A stretch of DNA of 64,000 nt from Octopus vulgaris (Eukaryota), in assembly GCA_951406725.2 (NCBI GenBank), contig OX597832.1:31062001-31126000 (forward strand), given 5' to 3'. A model generated the notes under the pieces. That model worked only from the letters and a program-made list of their open reading frames with translations, ran no database searches and was not told where the DNA came from. The translations under genes and the position numbers were made by a program. Below are positions 39,543-55,009 of the stretch, piece after piece (the first letter of the stretch is position 1; each line of letters starts with the position of its first letter).

Positions 39543-39609
39543 GTGGTCCGTTTGATGTGATTCTGATTGATCCTCCATGGCAAAACAAATCGGTGAAGAG
39601 ACTGAAATC
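39543..39609 (+). CDS. METTL4: METTL4 coding exon C, catalytic DPPW motif (phase 1 to 2)
   Basis: ttttttccAG acceptor and GTgagt donor. GGPFDVILIDPPWQNKSVKRLKS matches the MT-A70/METTL4 pattern FDVIVIDPPWQNKSVKR. Too short to appear in the ORF track. Confidence 0.96.
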
Positions 39610-39764
39610 GTGAGTACACCGTTATTGTTGTTGTTGTTGATGTTGTTTAGCCCAGGGTCAGTCCTGATCTTGTAGACCAGTTAGCAAAGCCATTCCACCC
39701 TTGACAAACATTCTATCCTTTATTCAAACATATTGTACTGATTTTTTTGATAAACTAATTTTTG

Positions 39765-40020
39765 GTTGATTGACTGATGAATTGATTGATTGACTTATGG
39801 ATTGATTGATGACTGATGGATTGATTGATTGACTGATGGATTGATTGACTGATGGATTGATTGATTGACTGATGGATTGATTGATTGACTGATGAATTGA
39901 TTGATTGTTGTTTGATAGATTGACTGACTGATTGATTGGTGGATTGATTGACTGCTTTACTGATTGATTGATTGTCTGATCAATGGATTGATTGATTGAT
40001 TAATTTCGTGATTCACTGAT
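39765..40020. repeat. (GATT)/(GACT)n tetranucleotide array
   Basis: Direct reading. Confidence 0.9.
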
Positions 40021-40307
40021 GGAGATTTTGATTGTTACATTGACAATGTCACGTGACTGTCACATGACTGCCTCCATCACTGTTGTTCCCTTGTCCATTC
40101 AGTCCCTGCCTTAAGTGTTAAGAAGAAGTGGAAGAGGGAGGAGGAGGAGGAGGAGGTTTGCTGAGCGAGATCTGACTGTTACATTGAGGAGGTCAAGTGG
40201 GTTATACAGCACAACAATTGTTGGTTGTGTGGTGGTGTTATTGGTACTGAAGTGTTTGTTGTAATAACACATGCATGTGTATATCTATATCTATCTATCT
40301 ATCCATC

Positions 40308-40877
<570 letters not shown>

Positions 40878-41032
40878 GCCTGTGTGTATGTGTGTGTGCA
40901 TTCACTCTTACTCTCACTGCTTGACTCCTTAGGCAAGTATCTTCTGCTATGACCTTGGGCTGACCAAATCCTTGTCAGTAGATTTGGTAGACGGAAACTG
41001 AAAGAAAGCCATCATGTACACATACACACACA

Positions 41033-41083
<51 letters not shown>

Positions 41084-41719
41084 GCATGATCACACACACA
41101 CACACACACACATACACACACACACACACATACGCACACACACACACATACACACACACACACACATGTGCATGATCACACACACACACACACACACACA
41201 TGTATGTAGATATAAATATATATGTGTGTGTATGTCCATTTCGGTTACAAAGTCAATCAATCAAAAACACCTTGTGCTATTTACTCCTCCCGAGTTACAA
41301 AGGCACTCCCTGTAAGTCTAGTGTTATGCAAATAAAGTGAATCCTTGATTAGTCTGTTGGAAACCTATAACAGATGGCGTCAGTGTTTACCAAAGATGTG
41401 ATATATAAACGTGTGGAAATGGAAATAGGTTGTTTGTTTTTTTAACACAAGAGACTGGTTCGTGTTTTTGTGAAGCCACTCCACTAAATGCGATTGTCTC
41501 TTGATGTCGTTTAATTACGCAATTAAGTAATTAACTACAACAACAACAACGACAATGATAATGTTATTAAGCAAGATGATGATGATGATGATGTAACAAC
41601 AACAACAACAGCAATGATAATAAGAGAAATAATAGCAGTTGTAATAATGATGATGATGATAATAATAATAATATTGATAACAATAATGATAACAATAGTA
41701 ATAATAATAATAATAATAA

Positions 41720-42402
41720 TTAGAATAGACAACACATCAGAAAGTGATAAGTGCAGAATTTGTGGACAAAATGGTGAAACTGTTTGGCATATTACCAGCC
41801 AATGTATGCCACTAGCCCAGAAAGAATATAAGAAACGTTATGACAATAGAGCAAGGATTGTCCACTGCATGCTTTGAAACAAGTATGGTCTTGACAGAGC
41901 AAAAAATTGGTACGACCACAAACCCAAAGGCATCGTCGAAAATGATAATGCAAAGATCCTATGGGATTTTATGATTCAGTGCGACCATGAGGTAGAGAAT
42001 AGGAAGCCAGACATAGTGTTAATTGAGGAAGAAAGCAAACGATGCTCTTTCATAGATATAGCATGGCCAGCTGACAACAAGGTATGCGATAAGGAAGAAA
42101 GAAAAGTCGAAAGATATGACAGGTTAGCTTGGGAAGTTAAGCAGTTGTGGTCGATGAAAAAGGTAGCAGTAGTACCAATTATTGTTGGAGCCCTGGGAAC
42201 AGTGAGTAAAAATCTTGAGAAGTACGTGGAACAAATAGGGGTTGCAATAAGGGTGGAGCACTTTCAGAAAACAGCACTGCTTGGAACCGCTCGAATACTC
42301 CGGAAGGTGCTCGAAAAATAAGGGGGTGTTACTTTAGTTCACAGGTAGTGAACAGCTGACACTGAAGTACATCTCCAGCGTTAGAAGCTGTGCAAAGACG
42401 AC
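41720..42402 (+). mobile_element. Dong/R4-clade LINE 3' end (CCHC knuckle plus RLE) in (TAA)n
   Basis: CRICGQNGETVWHITSQC zinc knuckle, LAQKEYKKRYDN, ILWDF..RKPDIVL..FIDIA..KVERY, VVPIIVGALG, QKTALLGTARILRKVL*. One internal TGA. (TAA)n on both sides. Confidence 0.88.
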
Positions 42403-42460
<58 letters not shown>

Positions 42461-42929
42461 GTAATGATGATGATAATGAAGATAACGACAATTTCAACAA
42501 TAATGATAATAATATTAATAACAGCAACAACTGCAAAATAATAATTAAAATGATAATAATAATAATAATATCTTCCTAATTTTTGTGTTTGGTGTTAATG
42601 AAGCTAATTTTGAGGCTGATAATTAATTTTACTGTACCAATGTTGATTCCCACCATGGGGCATTTAATGGTAGTTTCTGGGGGTTTTTTTTCTTATAAAG
42701 CATATTGTTTTGGTATATTGGTGTGTTGAAGTGAGCGACACACACACACAGACACACACACACACACGTTTCTGAGAGAAAGAGGGAGTGATGGAGAGGC
42801 AGGAATTTTGGTAATTATGGGATGGGTTCAGATATTTAACGAAGCTACATAATTAGCCAAAAAAAAGAAGTCATCTCATTTACATTGTTTGTAATGTGTC
42901 CGTGTCATTATGTTTCTTCCTGTTGGGCA

Positions 42930-42980
<51 letters not shown>

Positions 42981-44426
42981 AATAGGTTTAACATTCTGGG
43001 TCATGTCGTCACTCGTGTTGTTGTTGTTGACATTTCTGATGTTGTTGTTGTTGTCGTCATCCCTTATCATGGTCAAGATGGCCGACTGGCAGAGTCGTTA
43101 GCAGCCATGGAACAAAATCTGTTGTTGTGTGTGTTTTGGCTCTCTACGTTCTGAGTTCAAATCCCACTGAAATCAGCTTTGCTTTTTTCGTCCTTCCTGG
43201 GGTTCAGGGTTCAGGGATCAGATAACAGAAAAGTACCAGGGTCTCACTGATGGGGTGGGGGGTAGGGAGTCTACAGTGTTGGCTAAAACTTTCTCTTGAG
43301 AAATTGCTTGCCTCATGCCAAAAATTAGAGACAAATACTTGTAACCATCACCCTCCTCTTCCACCTCCTCCTCCTCCTCCTCCACCACCACTACCATCAT
43401 CATCATGACTATTATCATCACCATCATCATCTTCATCACCATCATCATCACCACCACCACCACCATCACCTCCACCACCACCACCACCACCACCATCACC
43501 TCCACCACCACCACCATCACCACCACCACCACCATCACCACCACCACCACCACCATCACCACCACCACCACCACCACCATCACCACCACCACCACCATCA
43601 CCACCACCACCATCATCATCACCATCATCATCTTCATCATTACTATTTATTTATTTATTGTCTTTTGTGTGTGTGTGTGTGTGCGTGTGTATGTGCATTT
43701 GTGTGTTTTGTGTGTGCATGTGTGTGTGTTTCTGTTTCCACCAACTAACGATGTATGTTGATTTGCTTGCCTCCTCCCCCCTGACTTAGCAGTTTGACCA
43801 GAAAGGATTGACAGAAAAAATACCAGACTTGAAATAGACACCAGTGTTAATTTGTTTTGACAAGACTCATCAAATTTGTACTCCAGCATGGCCATGATGG
43901 AAAAAAAGAACAAAGTCAGGTGACCTAAAGATCTTATTAATTGGTGTTTAATTACTGGTAAATAGTGCAACTATTGTCATTCCCCCCTCCCCACCATCTG
44001 ATGCTGGAGGCGGGGCGGGGGTGAGAAAGGAACGGGTTTGAAATATTGGATTATGGAAGAATTTGACTACAATGAGGGGAGGGGGTGGTGTTGGTGGCGG
44101 TGGTGTTTACCAAATACCACAGTTACTGTGTCATGGTAACGAGAATGATTAGACAATTTTTGTTAATTGGCTTCAATTAGTATTGTTTGTGAAGTTGCTG
44201 ATTACTGCAATTAACAAGGTGGGGTATGTGTGTGTGCATGTGTACACGTGTGTGTGTGTATGTTTGTGTGTGGGTGTTTGTGTGTATGTATGTGGATGTC
44301 CAATATGTGTGTGTGTGTGTGTACATATGCATATATACATCAGTGTGTGTGTCAGTATGTATGAACTTGTATGCATATCTATGTGTGTGTGTGTGTATGT
44401 GTGTGTATGTGTGTGAATGTGTGTGT

Positions 44427-44465
<39 letters not shown>

Positions 44466-44788
44466 TGTAAAGGCTAGACAGGTCAGCTAGTTGCTGTGTT
44501 GTCGGCTGATTGATGGATTGATTGATTAGCAGTGATGGTACAGGGTGGAAAGGACAGGGATCACATTGATTCAATAAGTATTTTGTATTAATATCTACAG
44601 TGAAGTGCTTGCATGGATGTGTGGTAAGAAGCATGCTTCCCAACCACATAGTTCTGGGTTCAGTCCCACTGCATGGTACCATACTCAAGTATCTTTTACT
44701 AAAGTCCCAGGCTGACCAAAACCTTGTAAATGGATTTGGTTGACGGAAACTGAAAAAAAATCAGTTGTACACACACACACACATATAT

Positions 44789-45330
44789 TCTAGTTGATGT
44801 ACCTGGTAATTCCCAGGAAAGCAGGATTTATCCCTTGGTTCCATTCTCATAACTGTTTTGTTAATGCAATAACAACAATAACAACAATATGAAGTATGTA
44901 GCCCTTAAAACGGTTTTTGTGCATTTACTGAGAATACCGAACTGTTTTAAATAGGATCTTGTTTTCAGGAATTCCCAATAAGTTATGAATACCCAAATTG
45001 TGAACTCAATTATGAAATTAGTTACCTGATAGTAAGAATTCAAATAAAGTAGCCCCAAAAAGGGTTTTAATGTGTTCCCAGAGTATATAGAACTTAGGAG
45101 GAAATACTAATAAATTTTATATTCTAAAATCGTGAAGCATGTTATGTAATAACAAGCTAATCAGATATGAGATAACAACAATTCAAAGTAAATAACTCTG
45201 AAAAGGGCCTTTGTGCATTCCCAGAGAATATTACCCTCAGAGGTGCTAGTGTTGGTATATTCGTGAATAAGTCACTAACCAAAATAAGTGGATGCATTGT
45301 TTAGGAAAATACTAATTACTTGTTTAAAGG
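44789..45330 (+). mobile_element. Possible Helitron/Helentron-type non-autonomous element
   Basis: Starts tctagttgatgtacctggtaattcccagg (subterminal hairpin-like) and has degenerate internal repeats aagggttttxxtgtgxattcccagagxata. Weak. Confidence 0.25.
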
Positions 45331-45425
45331 TTGCCTTGGCGTCATGCATCCTTCAGTGCCATTCCTTTATGGTGATCAATATCTTTGCTATTTACGTGAT
45401 TCCTCTCAATCCTGGTTTCTTTCAG

Positions 45426-45600
45426 ATATTGGTGTGAATCAGATACAAGCCTGGAGAACCTTGATGTCCCACAGTTAGCTGCACCAAACTGTTTGGTTGT
45501 TGTGTGGGTCACCAATCGACGCAAACATCAAGAATTTGTCCTTGAAACTCTCTTCAAGAAGTGGAATGTCCAAGACTGGGTGACCTGGTTCTGGTTAAAG
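45426..45600 (+). CDS. METTL4: METTL4 coding exon D (phase 2 to 0)
   Basis: tttctttcAG acceptor and GTctgt donor. YWCESDTSLENLDVPQLAAPNCLVVVWVTNRRKHQEFVLETLFKKWNVQDWVTWFWLK matches METTL4 LAAPNCLLVTWVTNRQKH...WHWVK. Confidence 0.95.
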
Positions 45601-47186
45601 GTCTGTATCTGAGGAATCAGTGTTTCAGGAAATTCTTTGAATTTTCAGTTAATCCTTTGTCTATCCAAAGCACCACCACCAATACGTTTTCTTCCATAAA
45701 ATGGTAGCTGAGTGTTGTAATCACGTCTCTACTGGCACAAACTCAAAAGACATGACCAAACAAAAGACATGTGACATGACCTGCTAGAAACAGTAGGCAA
45801 ATCTCAAATCACCTTCAAATTAATACTTTACTGTCTTAGGAAAAGGATGACCACATGGGATGATGTATACATAGATGAACTGTCCAGAGCATTTTCATAA
45901 GTTTGAAAAGAGCACCATCTGAACGTGGCCGATGCCAGTGCCGCCTGACTGGCTCCCATGCCAGTGGCACTTAAAGAGCACCCACTTTGCTCTTGGAGCG
46001 TTTGGCATTCGGAAGGGCATCCAGCTGTAGAAACATTGCCAGATCAGACTGGAGCCTGGTGAGGCCTCCTGGTTTGCCAGTCCTCAGTCAAACCATCCAA
46101 CCCATGCCAGCATGGAAAACAGACGTTAAGCAATGATGAGGATGATGTCCCAAATGTCTGCCCTTGTTTTTCACACCCTTAGTTAACCCTTGTTTCATAC
46201 ATTCTGAGTTAATACAAAGATTTCATTCCATAAGTCCCAAATTAATCTGGTGGTTGAAAAAATTGGTAACAAAGGGTCAAGTTAGGGTTTCTTATGGGTA
46301 AGCGAGGAAGTGGTGGAAGGTTTGTGAGGATTCGAAAAGGGATGAAGAGATTTCCAAGTTTAATTAATGTCTGATGCTTTCCAACTTTATAAACTTATTT
46401 GGCTCACAAAATGCTGAGGAAATAGGAATTCTATGGATGCAAAATCCATTCTGTTTTCCAGTTATTAAGGAGATGGATGGGGTGGTGATAAAAAACATCA
46501 CTGATATTATGGGAGAAAGGGGCCTCGTGGTTTGTCAGTTTTGTTATTGCTTTTTAGCACTGGATCAGGCTTGAATCATCATCATCATCATCATCATCAT
46601 TATCATCATTTAATGTCCGCTTTCCATGCTAGCATGGGTTGGACGATTTTGACCGAGGGCTGGCAAACCAGATGGCTGCACCAGACTCCAATCTTGATCT
46701 GGCAGAGTTTCTACAGCTGGATGCCTCCTTCCTTATGCCAACCACTCCGAGAGTGTAGTGGGTGCTTTTTACGTGCCACCGGCACGGGGGCCAGTTTGGT
46801 GGTACAGGCAACGACCTTGCTCAAATCTTTTTACACATGCCACCGGCACAGGTGCCAGTCCAGCAACGCTGGTAACGATCACGCTTGAATGGTGTCTTTT
46901 ACATGCCACCAGCATGTAAACTATATAATAAAACTATATAATCAAAGACATTCCAGCTTTGACCATCCTGTCTTTTCTTCAAGGGTAGTTCATCCCATGT
47001 GGTCATCCTTTTTCTTTTCTAAGACAGTAAAGTATAATTTGAAGGTGATTTGAATTTGCCTGCTGTTTCTAGCAGGTCACGACTTGCCAGAAACAGGGTC
47101 TCCTTCATTTGGTCATGTCTTGTGAGTTTGTGCCAGTAGAGACATGATTTCAGCATTTTGTTACCATTTTACGGAAGTAAAAACAG

Positions 47187-48155
47187 TGATGGTGGTGGTG
47201 GTGGTGGTGGTGGTGGTGATGGTGGTGGTGGTGGTGGTGGTGGTGGTGGTGATGGTGGTGGTGGTGGTGGTGGTGGTGGTGGTGATGGTGGTGGTGGTGG
47301 TGGTGGTGATGGTGGTGGTGGTGGTGGTGGTGGTGGTGGTGATGGTGGTGGTGGTGGTGGTGGTGGTGGTGGTGGTGATGGTGGTGGTGGTGGTGGTGGT
47401 GGTGGTGGTGGTGGTGGTGATGGTGGTGGTGGTGATGGTGGTGGTGGTGGTGATGGTGGTGGTGATGGTGGTGGTGATGGTGGTGGTGGTGGTGGTGGTG
47501 GTGGTGGTGGTGGTGATGGTGGTGGTGGTGGTGATGGTGGTGGTGATGGTGGTGGTGATGGTGGTGGTGATGGTGGTGGTGGTGGTGGTGGTGGTGGTGG
47601 TGGTGGTGGTGGTGGTGGTGATGGTGGTGGTGGTGGTGGTGATGGTGGTGGTGATGGTGGTGGTGGTGGTGGTGGTGGTGATGGTGGTGGTGGTGGTGGT
47701 GGTGGTGATGGTGGTGGTGGTGGTGGTGGTGGTGATGGTGGTGGTGGTGGTGGTGATGGTGGTGGTGGTGGTGGTGATGGTGGTGGTGGTGGTGGTGGTG
47801 GTGGTGGTGGTGGTGTGGTGGTGGTGGTGGTGGTGGTGGTGGTGGTGGTGGTGGTGGTGGTGGTGGTGGTGGTGATGGTGGTGGTGGTGGTGGTGGTGAT
47901 GGTGGTGGTGATGGTGGTGTGGTGGTGGTGGTGGTGGTGGTGGTGGTGGTGGTGGTGGTGGTGATGGTGGTGGTGATGGTGGTGGTGGTGATGGTGGTGG
48001 TGGTGGTGGTGGTGGTGGTGGTGGTGGTGGTGATGGTGGTGGTGGTGGTGATGGTGGTGGTGATGGTGGTGGTGGTGGTGGTGATGGTGGTGGTGGTGGT
48101 GGTGGTGGTGGTGGTGGTGGTGGTGGTGGTGGTGGTGGTGGTGGTGGTGGTGGCG
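47187..48155. repeat. ~970-bp (GGT)n array with interspersed GAT
   Basis: Direct reading. Source of the poly-Gly/Val/Pro/His pseudo-ORFs. Confidence 0.98.
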
Positions 48156-48385
48156 GTAGCAGTAGTGATGGTGGTGATGATGATGGTTGTGGTTGTGGTA
48201 ATGGCAAAGGTAATGGGTGCTGTTTGTTGTTGTTGTTATCGTATTCTTAGGTTTCTCAAGGCAGAGGACAAAGAAATATTCTTCAGAGAAGACTACTTGG
48301 CATTCATTATTCTCCTTCTTGTTGGCTGCCATCGTGGTCGTTGCCGTCTTCAGAGAGGATAGCTTTCAGTGGAACCAATATGGCT

Positions 48386-48429
<44 letters not shown>

Positions 48430-48646
48430 TGATGATGCTGATAACTTCACCAAAGTGCTGTCAAGCCTTGAAGAACGACATTGTGGAATGTTGGGAATGG
48501 TAAGGCAGATAATTAACAAATATTTTTGTGACCCAGAAAACAAGGGTGGAGTCCTTGAAAAGAAATGGGGCAGTCGGCACTGCTGTTCAGTTACCAACAA
48601 GGGTTAAAAACAAAAAAAGGTATTGTGAACAGTGAGATTGGTTCAG

Positions 48647-48691
<45 letters not shown>

Positions 48692-48844
48692 AAAGTACAC
48701 ACTGTAGCCATTCATTGTAATTCTGCTGTTCTGTGGTTCTGTTGTTCTACCATTCTGCTCAGGTTGACATTGATTTATAAAGACATTTAATCTTCTGACA
48801 CTTGTTTAGGTAGAGATAACCCCCCCCCCCCTCCGCACACACAC

Positions 48845-48888
<44 letters not shown>

Positions 48889-50116
48889 TTACACACAACA
48901 CATGCAAACACACACAAGTTTACACTCCCATACAGACAAGCACACATATGTTTACATTCATAGGCACAGGCGTGGCTGTGTGGTAAGAAGCTTGCTTACA
49001 AACCACATGGTTCCGGGTTCAGTCCCACTGCATGGCACCTTGGGCAAGAGTCTTCTACTATAGCCTCAGACCAACCAAAGCCTTGTGAGTGGATTTGATT
49101 GATGGAACATGACAGAAGCCCGTCATGTGTGTGTCTTTTGTCTGTGCTTGTTCCCCATCACCATTTGACAACTGATGCTGGTGTGTTTACGTCCCCCATA
49201 ACTTAGTGGTTTGTCAAAAGAGACTGATAGAATTAAGTACCAGGCTTTAAAAAAAATAATCGACTCAATTTGTTCAACTACAATTCTTGAAGGTGGTGCC
49301 CCAGCATGGCCGCAGTCCAATGATTGAAACAAATAAAAGATAGAAGATTTACGGTAATACAGAGTGTGGGCGATGGCTGGAGCAGATGAGACCCCAAGTT
49401 ATTTTCCAAACCAACCCCTGCATCCCCCCAAAAATGGTCATGGCAGCTGTATGGTGCTTTTTAAAAGACTTATTCCACTGTTAATTTTTGAACCAAGGAC
49501 AACCAATTACTCTCAAGAAATCAGTCATACACACAAAAAAAAAAAAAGAAAAGAAAATCAGAATTGCCAAAAACTGGTTCTCAGAGATTAAGCAATTCTG
49601 TTGGACCTGTTTGCTCTCTCAAATTGTTCTTTGACAATTATTGAAGCTAAGACCTAAAGTATTATCATGCTGCAATCACCTCACACTGTTGCTATTGATT
49701 ACCATTCTTTCCAAACACTTGGAATCGGTAAGACATAATAAAAGATTCATGAACTGAGAAGCAGGAGTTGAAATATTTCGGTAAGTTTGTAGTCTCAGAA
49801 AGAGAATTCGTTTTGTTTGTTTTTCTTTAACTGAGAATATCTATTTTAAACACTGCATTAGCAAAAGACATTGGAACTCTGTGGATTAAAATATCTGGAT
49901 TAAATATGTTTTAAGCCCATCCGTAATGTGTTTACTTGCAAATAAGCAAAAGAAAAAACACACACACACACAGCTGCACACACACACGTGTATGCACACA
50001 CAGCTGCATGCACACACACACATGCACACGCACACACATACACACACAGTTTATTAAAGACAAAAAAATCTTCACAGTTCTTACTCAGAATGTCACATGA
50101 CCATTCAGTTGTAATG

Positions 50117-50173
<57 letters not shown>

Positions 50174-50372
50174 CTCTCTTTCTTTGGGCATGGCTGTGTA
50201 ATTAGGAAGCTTGTTTCCCAGCGACATGGTTTTGGGTTCAGTCCCACTGCGTGGCACCTTGGCCAAGTGTCTTCTGCTATGGCCCCGGGGCCGACCAAAG
50301 CCTTGTAATTGAATTTGGCAGGCGGAAGTTACTGCCACATGTGTATATGTGTGTGTAGGTGCTTGTGCTTCT

Positions 50373-50412
<40 letters not shown>

Positions 50413-50581
50413 GTATTGTGTGGTAAGTACCTTGCTTATGAACCACATGGTTCCGGGTTCAGTCCCACAGAGTAGCACCTTGGACAAGTGTCTTCTACTA
50501 TAGCCTCAGGCCGACCAAAGCCTTGTGAGTGGATTTGGTAGATGGAAACTGAAAGAAGCCTGTCGTATATATGTATGTAGA

Positions 50582-50612
<31 letters not shown>

Positions 50613-51185
50613 GTATATATGTGTGTGTATATGTTTGTGTGTCTGTGTTTGTTCTCCCGACATCGCTTGACAACTGATGGTGCTGTGTTTACATCCCTGT
50701 AACTTAGTGGTTCGACAAAAGAGGTTGGTAGAATAAGTACTAGGCATGCAAAGAATAAGTCCTGGGGTCGATTTGCTTGACTAAAGGCGGTGCTCCAGCA
50801 TGGCCACAGTCAAATGACTGAAACAATTAAAAGAGTAAAGAGTATAAGAAATTATTAAGGTTCAGTTGAATTGGGTACTCATGTTGGAGCCGCAAGTCAG
50901 TCCTGTATTCTCCGCACAACTCAGAGTAAAGTGGATAAAATCAAAATAAGTGAAAGGATATCAAGAAGTGATATGTATATTGATATGTTAGGCAATTCTG
51001 TAAAGACACATTATATAATGATTTAATTAGCAGCACTTGGTATGGAGATATTGGACTCCAAGAAGTGCATTTAGGAAAGTGATTATTTAGGAGTTTTATC
51101 TTTTGATCAAATGGCAAATATTTGCTATTGAAGCAACTGTAAAGAACTTGGAATAAAGATTTCTTTCTCTTATTACACACACACA

Positions 51186-51222
<37 letters not shown>

Positions 51223-51499
51223 GCATGTGTGTGTGTGTGTGTGTGTATGCATCCATAAATATATATACTCACATATATATATGTATTGACACATAGATAT
51301 GAATATATATATAATGTATGTGTGTGTGTGTGTGAGAGAGAGAGAGTGTGTGTGTATGCATTTATATACACTCACGCACACACACTCAAATGCACACATA
51401 TACACTCACACACATGTTTACACTCATGAATATGTTCTTCATTATAAGTAGATTAGTTATATATCTGAATATAATTGAGTGTTTCCACATTCGCACAAC

Positions 51500-51800
<301 letters not shown>

Positions 51801-51862
51801 CATATAGTGACACAGATATGTAATTACATATATATAGATTTATGAAACTTTTACATATTTGA

Positions 51863-51895
<33 letters not shown>

Positions 51896-52349
51896 CGTGT
51901 GTGTATGTATGTGTATGCATGTACTTTTGAGTGTGTGTATTTGTATGTGTATGATATATGTGTGTGTGTATTTGTGTGTGTGTGTGTATGGCTTCATACA
52001 TTGGTGCTTTTGAGACATATTCAGAAACTCAAAGAGAGACTTCCTTATATGGAGTCTCTTATGTGTGTGCGTATGTGCTTGCATGCGTATGTATGTGTGT
52101 GTTTTCGTATGTGTTGATCTATGAGTCTGTGTGTATGCGTCTGTGTGTATTTGATTGTGTGTGTGTGTGTGTATGAATAGATGTATGTATATGTGCGTGT
52201 GAATGTGTTTGCATGTGTACATGTAGGTGTATGTGTGTTTGCCTTCGCACGCATGTGCGTGTGTGTGATTGATGTATATGTGTATGTGGTTCTTGCTTAT
52301 ATATATATATGTTTGACTGTGTGAGTATGGATGGATGCATGCATGCATA

Positions 52350-52430
<81 letters not shown>

Positions 52431-53224
52431 ATGTGTGTATGTGTGTATGTGTGCATGTGTATGTGTGTGCATGTGTGTGTGTGTGCATGTGTGTATGTGT
52501 GCATGTGTGTGTGTGTGTGCGTGTGTGTGTGTGTGTGGTTCTATGAAGTCAGTATCCAATGCTGAGGTGTTTTTACTCAATTCCGAAGACGAAGACTGTT
52601 TGAGTTGATAACAGTTTTTTGCCTCTGATGGTTTTCTTTTCCACCAACATCTCATGTGACTCTGCCCTGCTGCAGCAACCAGGCCAATGCCACACCCAGC
52701 TCTCAAACCATCACCCAGGCACCTCTTGTAAGTTTGCAGCTCACAACCCCTCCTCCACCCATCTGCCCTGCCCTGCCCTTACTCTCACATGTCTATCACA
52801 CACACACACAAACACATATATCATACACATACAAATACACACACTCAAAAGTACATACACACACATACACACACACACATGTACACATGGGCATCTGCAC
52901 GCCCTCTCTCTTCTCCTCTTCCATGTTTCAGTCTGCACACACACACACACTCACTCACCTACACACACACATACACACACACACACTCACACACACTCTT
53001 TTTTCTCTCTCGCACGCACTCACGTACACACATCCATGCACACACACACTCACACATGCATATACATCTCTCCCTCTCTCTCTCCCCCTCTCTCTACCTT
53101 TTGTTGTCTGTCTCTCTATTTGTCTCTCTGTTCCTGTCTGCACACACACACACTCACACACACATCATATACATACACATACTCTCTTTCTCTCTCCCCA
53201 TTTCTGTCTGTCTGTCTTCCTTTT

Positions 53225-53258
<34 letters not shown>

Positions 53259-54951
53259 CACATCATATACATACACAGCCTCTCTCTCTCCTTACAGCTG
53301 ATGCTGTAGACAAAGGACTTGATAACATTCCTGGGTGTTGGAGGTGGAGGAGGAGGGGTGGCAGGGTGCAGCAGTGGAGATGAGGGGGGGGGATGGAGAA
53401 AAGAGAGAAATATGAGAGGGGGGAGGGGGAAAGCGTCACTGCTCACCATATATACACCCATCCACACATGAAGGGTCACATGGTCCCCACATGCATCCAC
53501 ATTCATCCCCTCCACTACTGACACTCCCCACTCAGTCTTACACACAAGCAGAAGTAGTAGTAGTAGTAGAATGGAGGAAAGCATGAATGAATGAATGAAG
53601 ATGAAGAAGAAGAAGAAGAAGCAGAAGAGGAAGAAGAAGAAACAAGGAGGAGAAGAAGAAGAAGAAACAAGGAGAAGAAGAAGAAGAAAAGAAGAAGAAG
53701 AAGAAGAAGAAGAAGAAAAAGAAGAGAAAGAAGAAGAAGAAGAAGAAAAAGAAGAGAAAGAAGAAGAAGAAGAAGAAATAGAAAAAGTAGAAGAAGAAGA
53801 AGAAGATAGTAGAAGAGAATGAATGAAGAAATAGTAGAATAAGAAGACAAAGGCAGAAGGTGAAAGAAACAGAAGTAGACAGGAGTAGGAGGAGGAGGAA
53901 GAGTGGGAGGATAAGGATAAGGCAGTTTGTTGTTGTTTGTTGTTTGTTGTCAGCCCCAAGTAGGAGCTGTGGAAGTGTTGCAGACAATTGGGTCTGTTCT
54001 TCTAAAATTCCATTGAAAGGAACATTATTGACAGATAACTATCTAAACCCCCACCCCACCCCACCCGCAACGCTTCCACACACCCCTCTACCACCCCTGC
54101 TGCTGCTGCTGATCTTGCAACCATCATCATCATCATCATCATCATTGTCATTGTCATGGTCTTCCTTGGCTCAACAACTGCTACCACCAACAACCTCTTC
54201 TGATACAATGACACTTGACTTCCTAGAAATAGCAGCCAAACTGCTTTCATATCACACTTTACTGAGCACCACGGATGATGTAGTTGTAGGCGTACGTGAA
54301 GACATGATGGTCATGGCTGGAACAGCTTTGCTCATAGGTCGCTGCATCAGGGTTGACTTGGGGTTAAACTGTGTCATGTAAGAGAATTTAATAACCAGAA
54401 AGTAACACACACACACTCTCACACACGTAGTCTCACACACACACACATAGTCTCTCACACACACACACATGTAGTCACATACACACACGTAGTCACACAC
54501 ACACATGTAGTCACATACACATAGTCAGATGCACACACACACACACACGCGCGTAGTCTCACACACACACACACACACATAGTCACACACACACACATGC
54601 ACACATAGTCACATACACTCACACACACACGTAGTCGCACACACACACGTAGCCACACATACACATGTAGTCACACGCACATATGCATAGTTACACACAC
54701 ACACATAGTCACACACACTCACACACACTCACTCATGCACACACAGTTGCTAAACGATGTTTGCACCTTTGATTTTCCCCGGGTGTGTGCAGTTTCTCTC
54801 TCCGACATGTTGCATCTAATTTCCTTTTGTGTCTCTCGGTCAATAAATGGATTCATAATGAGAGCAAGAAGCACTGAAAGACAGTGTTAGAATTTAGGAA
54901 GAAGAAAGCAGATATTATGATCAATTAACTTAGCCATGGAGCAGTCTTCGG

Positions 54952-55009
<58 letters not shown>

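Noticed and set aside
47144-48362. Long ORFs (243-387 aa) of poly-Gly/Val/Pro/His/Thr
   Set aside because: They are translations of a (GGT)n array, open in most frames on both strands, with no splice or domain support.
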